NCBI RefSeq assembly: GCF_006345805.1
Contig: NC_042997.1
Coordinates: forward strand, 119,722,001 to 119,786,000
Source of the DNA: Octopus sinensis
Taxonomy: Eukaryota
Direction: 5' to 3'
DNA length: 64,000 bases
Shown: in pieces, positions 63,101 through 64,000 of the stretch
How positions within the stretch are numbered: the stretch's first letter is position 1
Layout: each line of letters begins with the position of its first letter
Made by a program: the position numbers and the translations under genes
The notes under the pieces: generated by a model
Seen by the model: only the letters and a program-made list of their open reading frames with translations
Told to the model about the DNA's origin: nothing
Database searches by the model: none

Positions 63101-63889
63101 TGATTAACTATAAGTAAAAGTGTATGTGTCAGTTATATTAGTATAGTCTTTGTATAATTCAATGTAATTTTCGCCCATTATTATATTCCATATACAGAAT
63201 CTTTTCTCTTTCCATCTTTGCGATACAACCCCACAAGATCCTGAGGAAGATGTCGTGTAGTTAGCGCTATTACAAACATTGGACATATTTATAGTGACAA
63301 TAAACAATACTAATAAAATGGAACACCATTGTATTAGGGGAAATAAGTCATGACTCCAATGCATTTAATGTAAAGCATTAAGTATTATTCTCGTTACCAA
63401 ATTATTTGGGAAGATAACTGAGCTATAAATCATTGAGATGGAATATAGATTAGAAAAATTTGAGAAACTTCAACTAGGAGTTGTTTTTAAAAGATGCGGT
63501 GCATGGGTATGTGAAAGGAATACCACAGTTTATTTCATCGAATTTAAAAGTTGAAAGTTAACGCCGGACAAATTTAGTGTATTTTTAATACATGTCAGCC
63601 TTCATCTCCAAGATCAAGAATTCCAGACCTAGTTAGAAACATTCCAATTCCTGTATTGCGTATGGATTAAGCATATTCGTATTGACCGACTACGTAGATC
63701 GTATAACATTTGCTGCAAATTACACTGAAGAATTTTAGATATCTCTCATTTTAGACATCAGTTGCTGAACAAATACAACTGTAATGGTATAAATGAACAT
63801 AAATTCGATATCCTTTTAATACCTGAAGTCCAAACGCACCAATGCCGAGGCCGTTATGAGACCAGCCCTGCTAGAAATAACTGCAACTT

Positions 63890-64000
63890 AAGGCGGCGGG
63901 CTGGCAGAAACGTTAGCACGCCGGTCGAAATGATTAGCGGTATTTCGTCTACTGTTACGTTCTGAGTTCAAATTCTGCCGAGGTCGACTTTGCCTTTCAT
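63890..64000 (+). mobile_element. SINE family B, cut by window end
   Basis: Head matches 3689. Confidence 0.85.

Overview
AT-rich, microsatellite-dense eukaryotic intergenic DNA. The SINE families, Dong/R4 LINEs in (TAA)n and (TA)n/(CA)n density point to a cephalopod, probably Octopus (inference). I found no intact host gene. Most ORF-track entries are translated microsatellites. The window is mainly transposon debris: tRNA-derived SINEs, mariner/Tc1 remnants, non-autonomous Helitrons, Dong/R4, HERO, CR1/L2 and RTE LINE fragments, a Penelope RT/GIY-YIG relic, a solo LTR and a probable decayed GPCR pseudogene. The main unannotated signal is RNA-level. A ~490-bp tandem array (22266-25960) carries a complete type I hammerhead ribozyme (HHR) in each unit. 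About eight other unrelated short non-coding HHR cassettes, intact or decayed, occur across the window. Nearly all lie in (TA)n tracts, and several are head-to-head inverted (foldback) insertions. Together they look like a retrozyme/Penelope-dependent system of self-cleaving RNA elements that colonises (TA)n microsatellites. Ribozyme folds were derived by eye and have not been tested.
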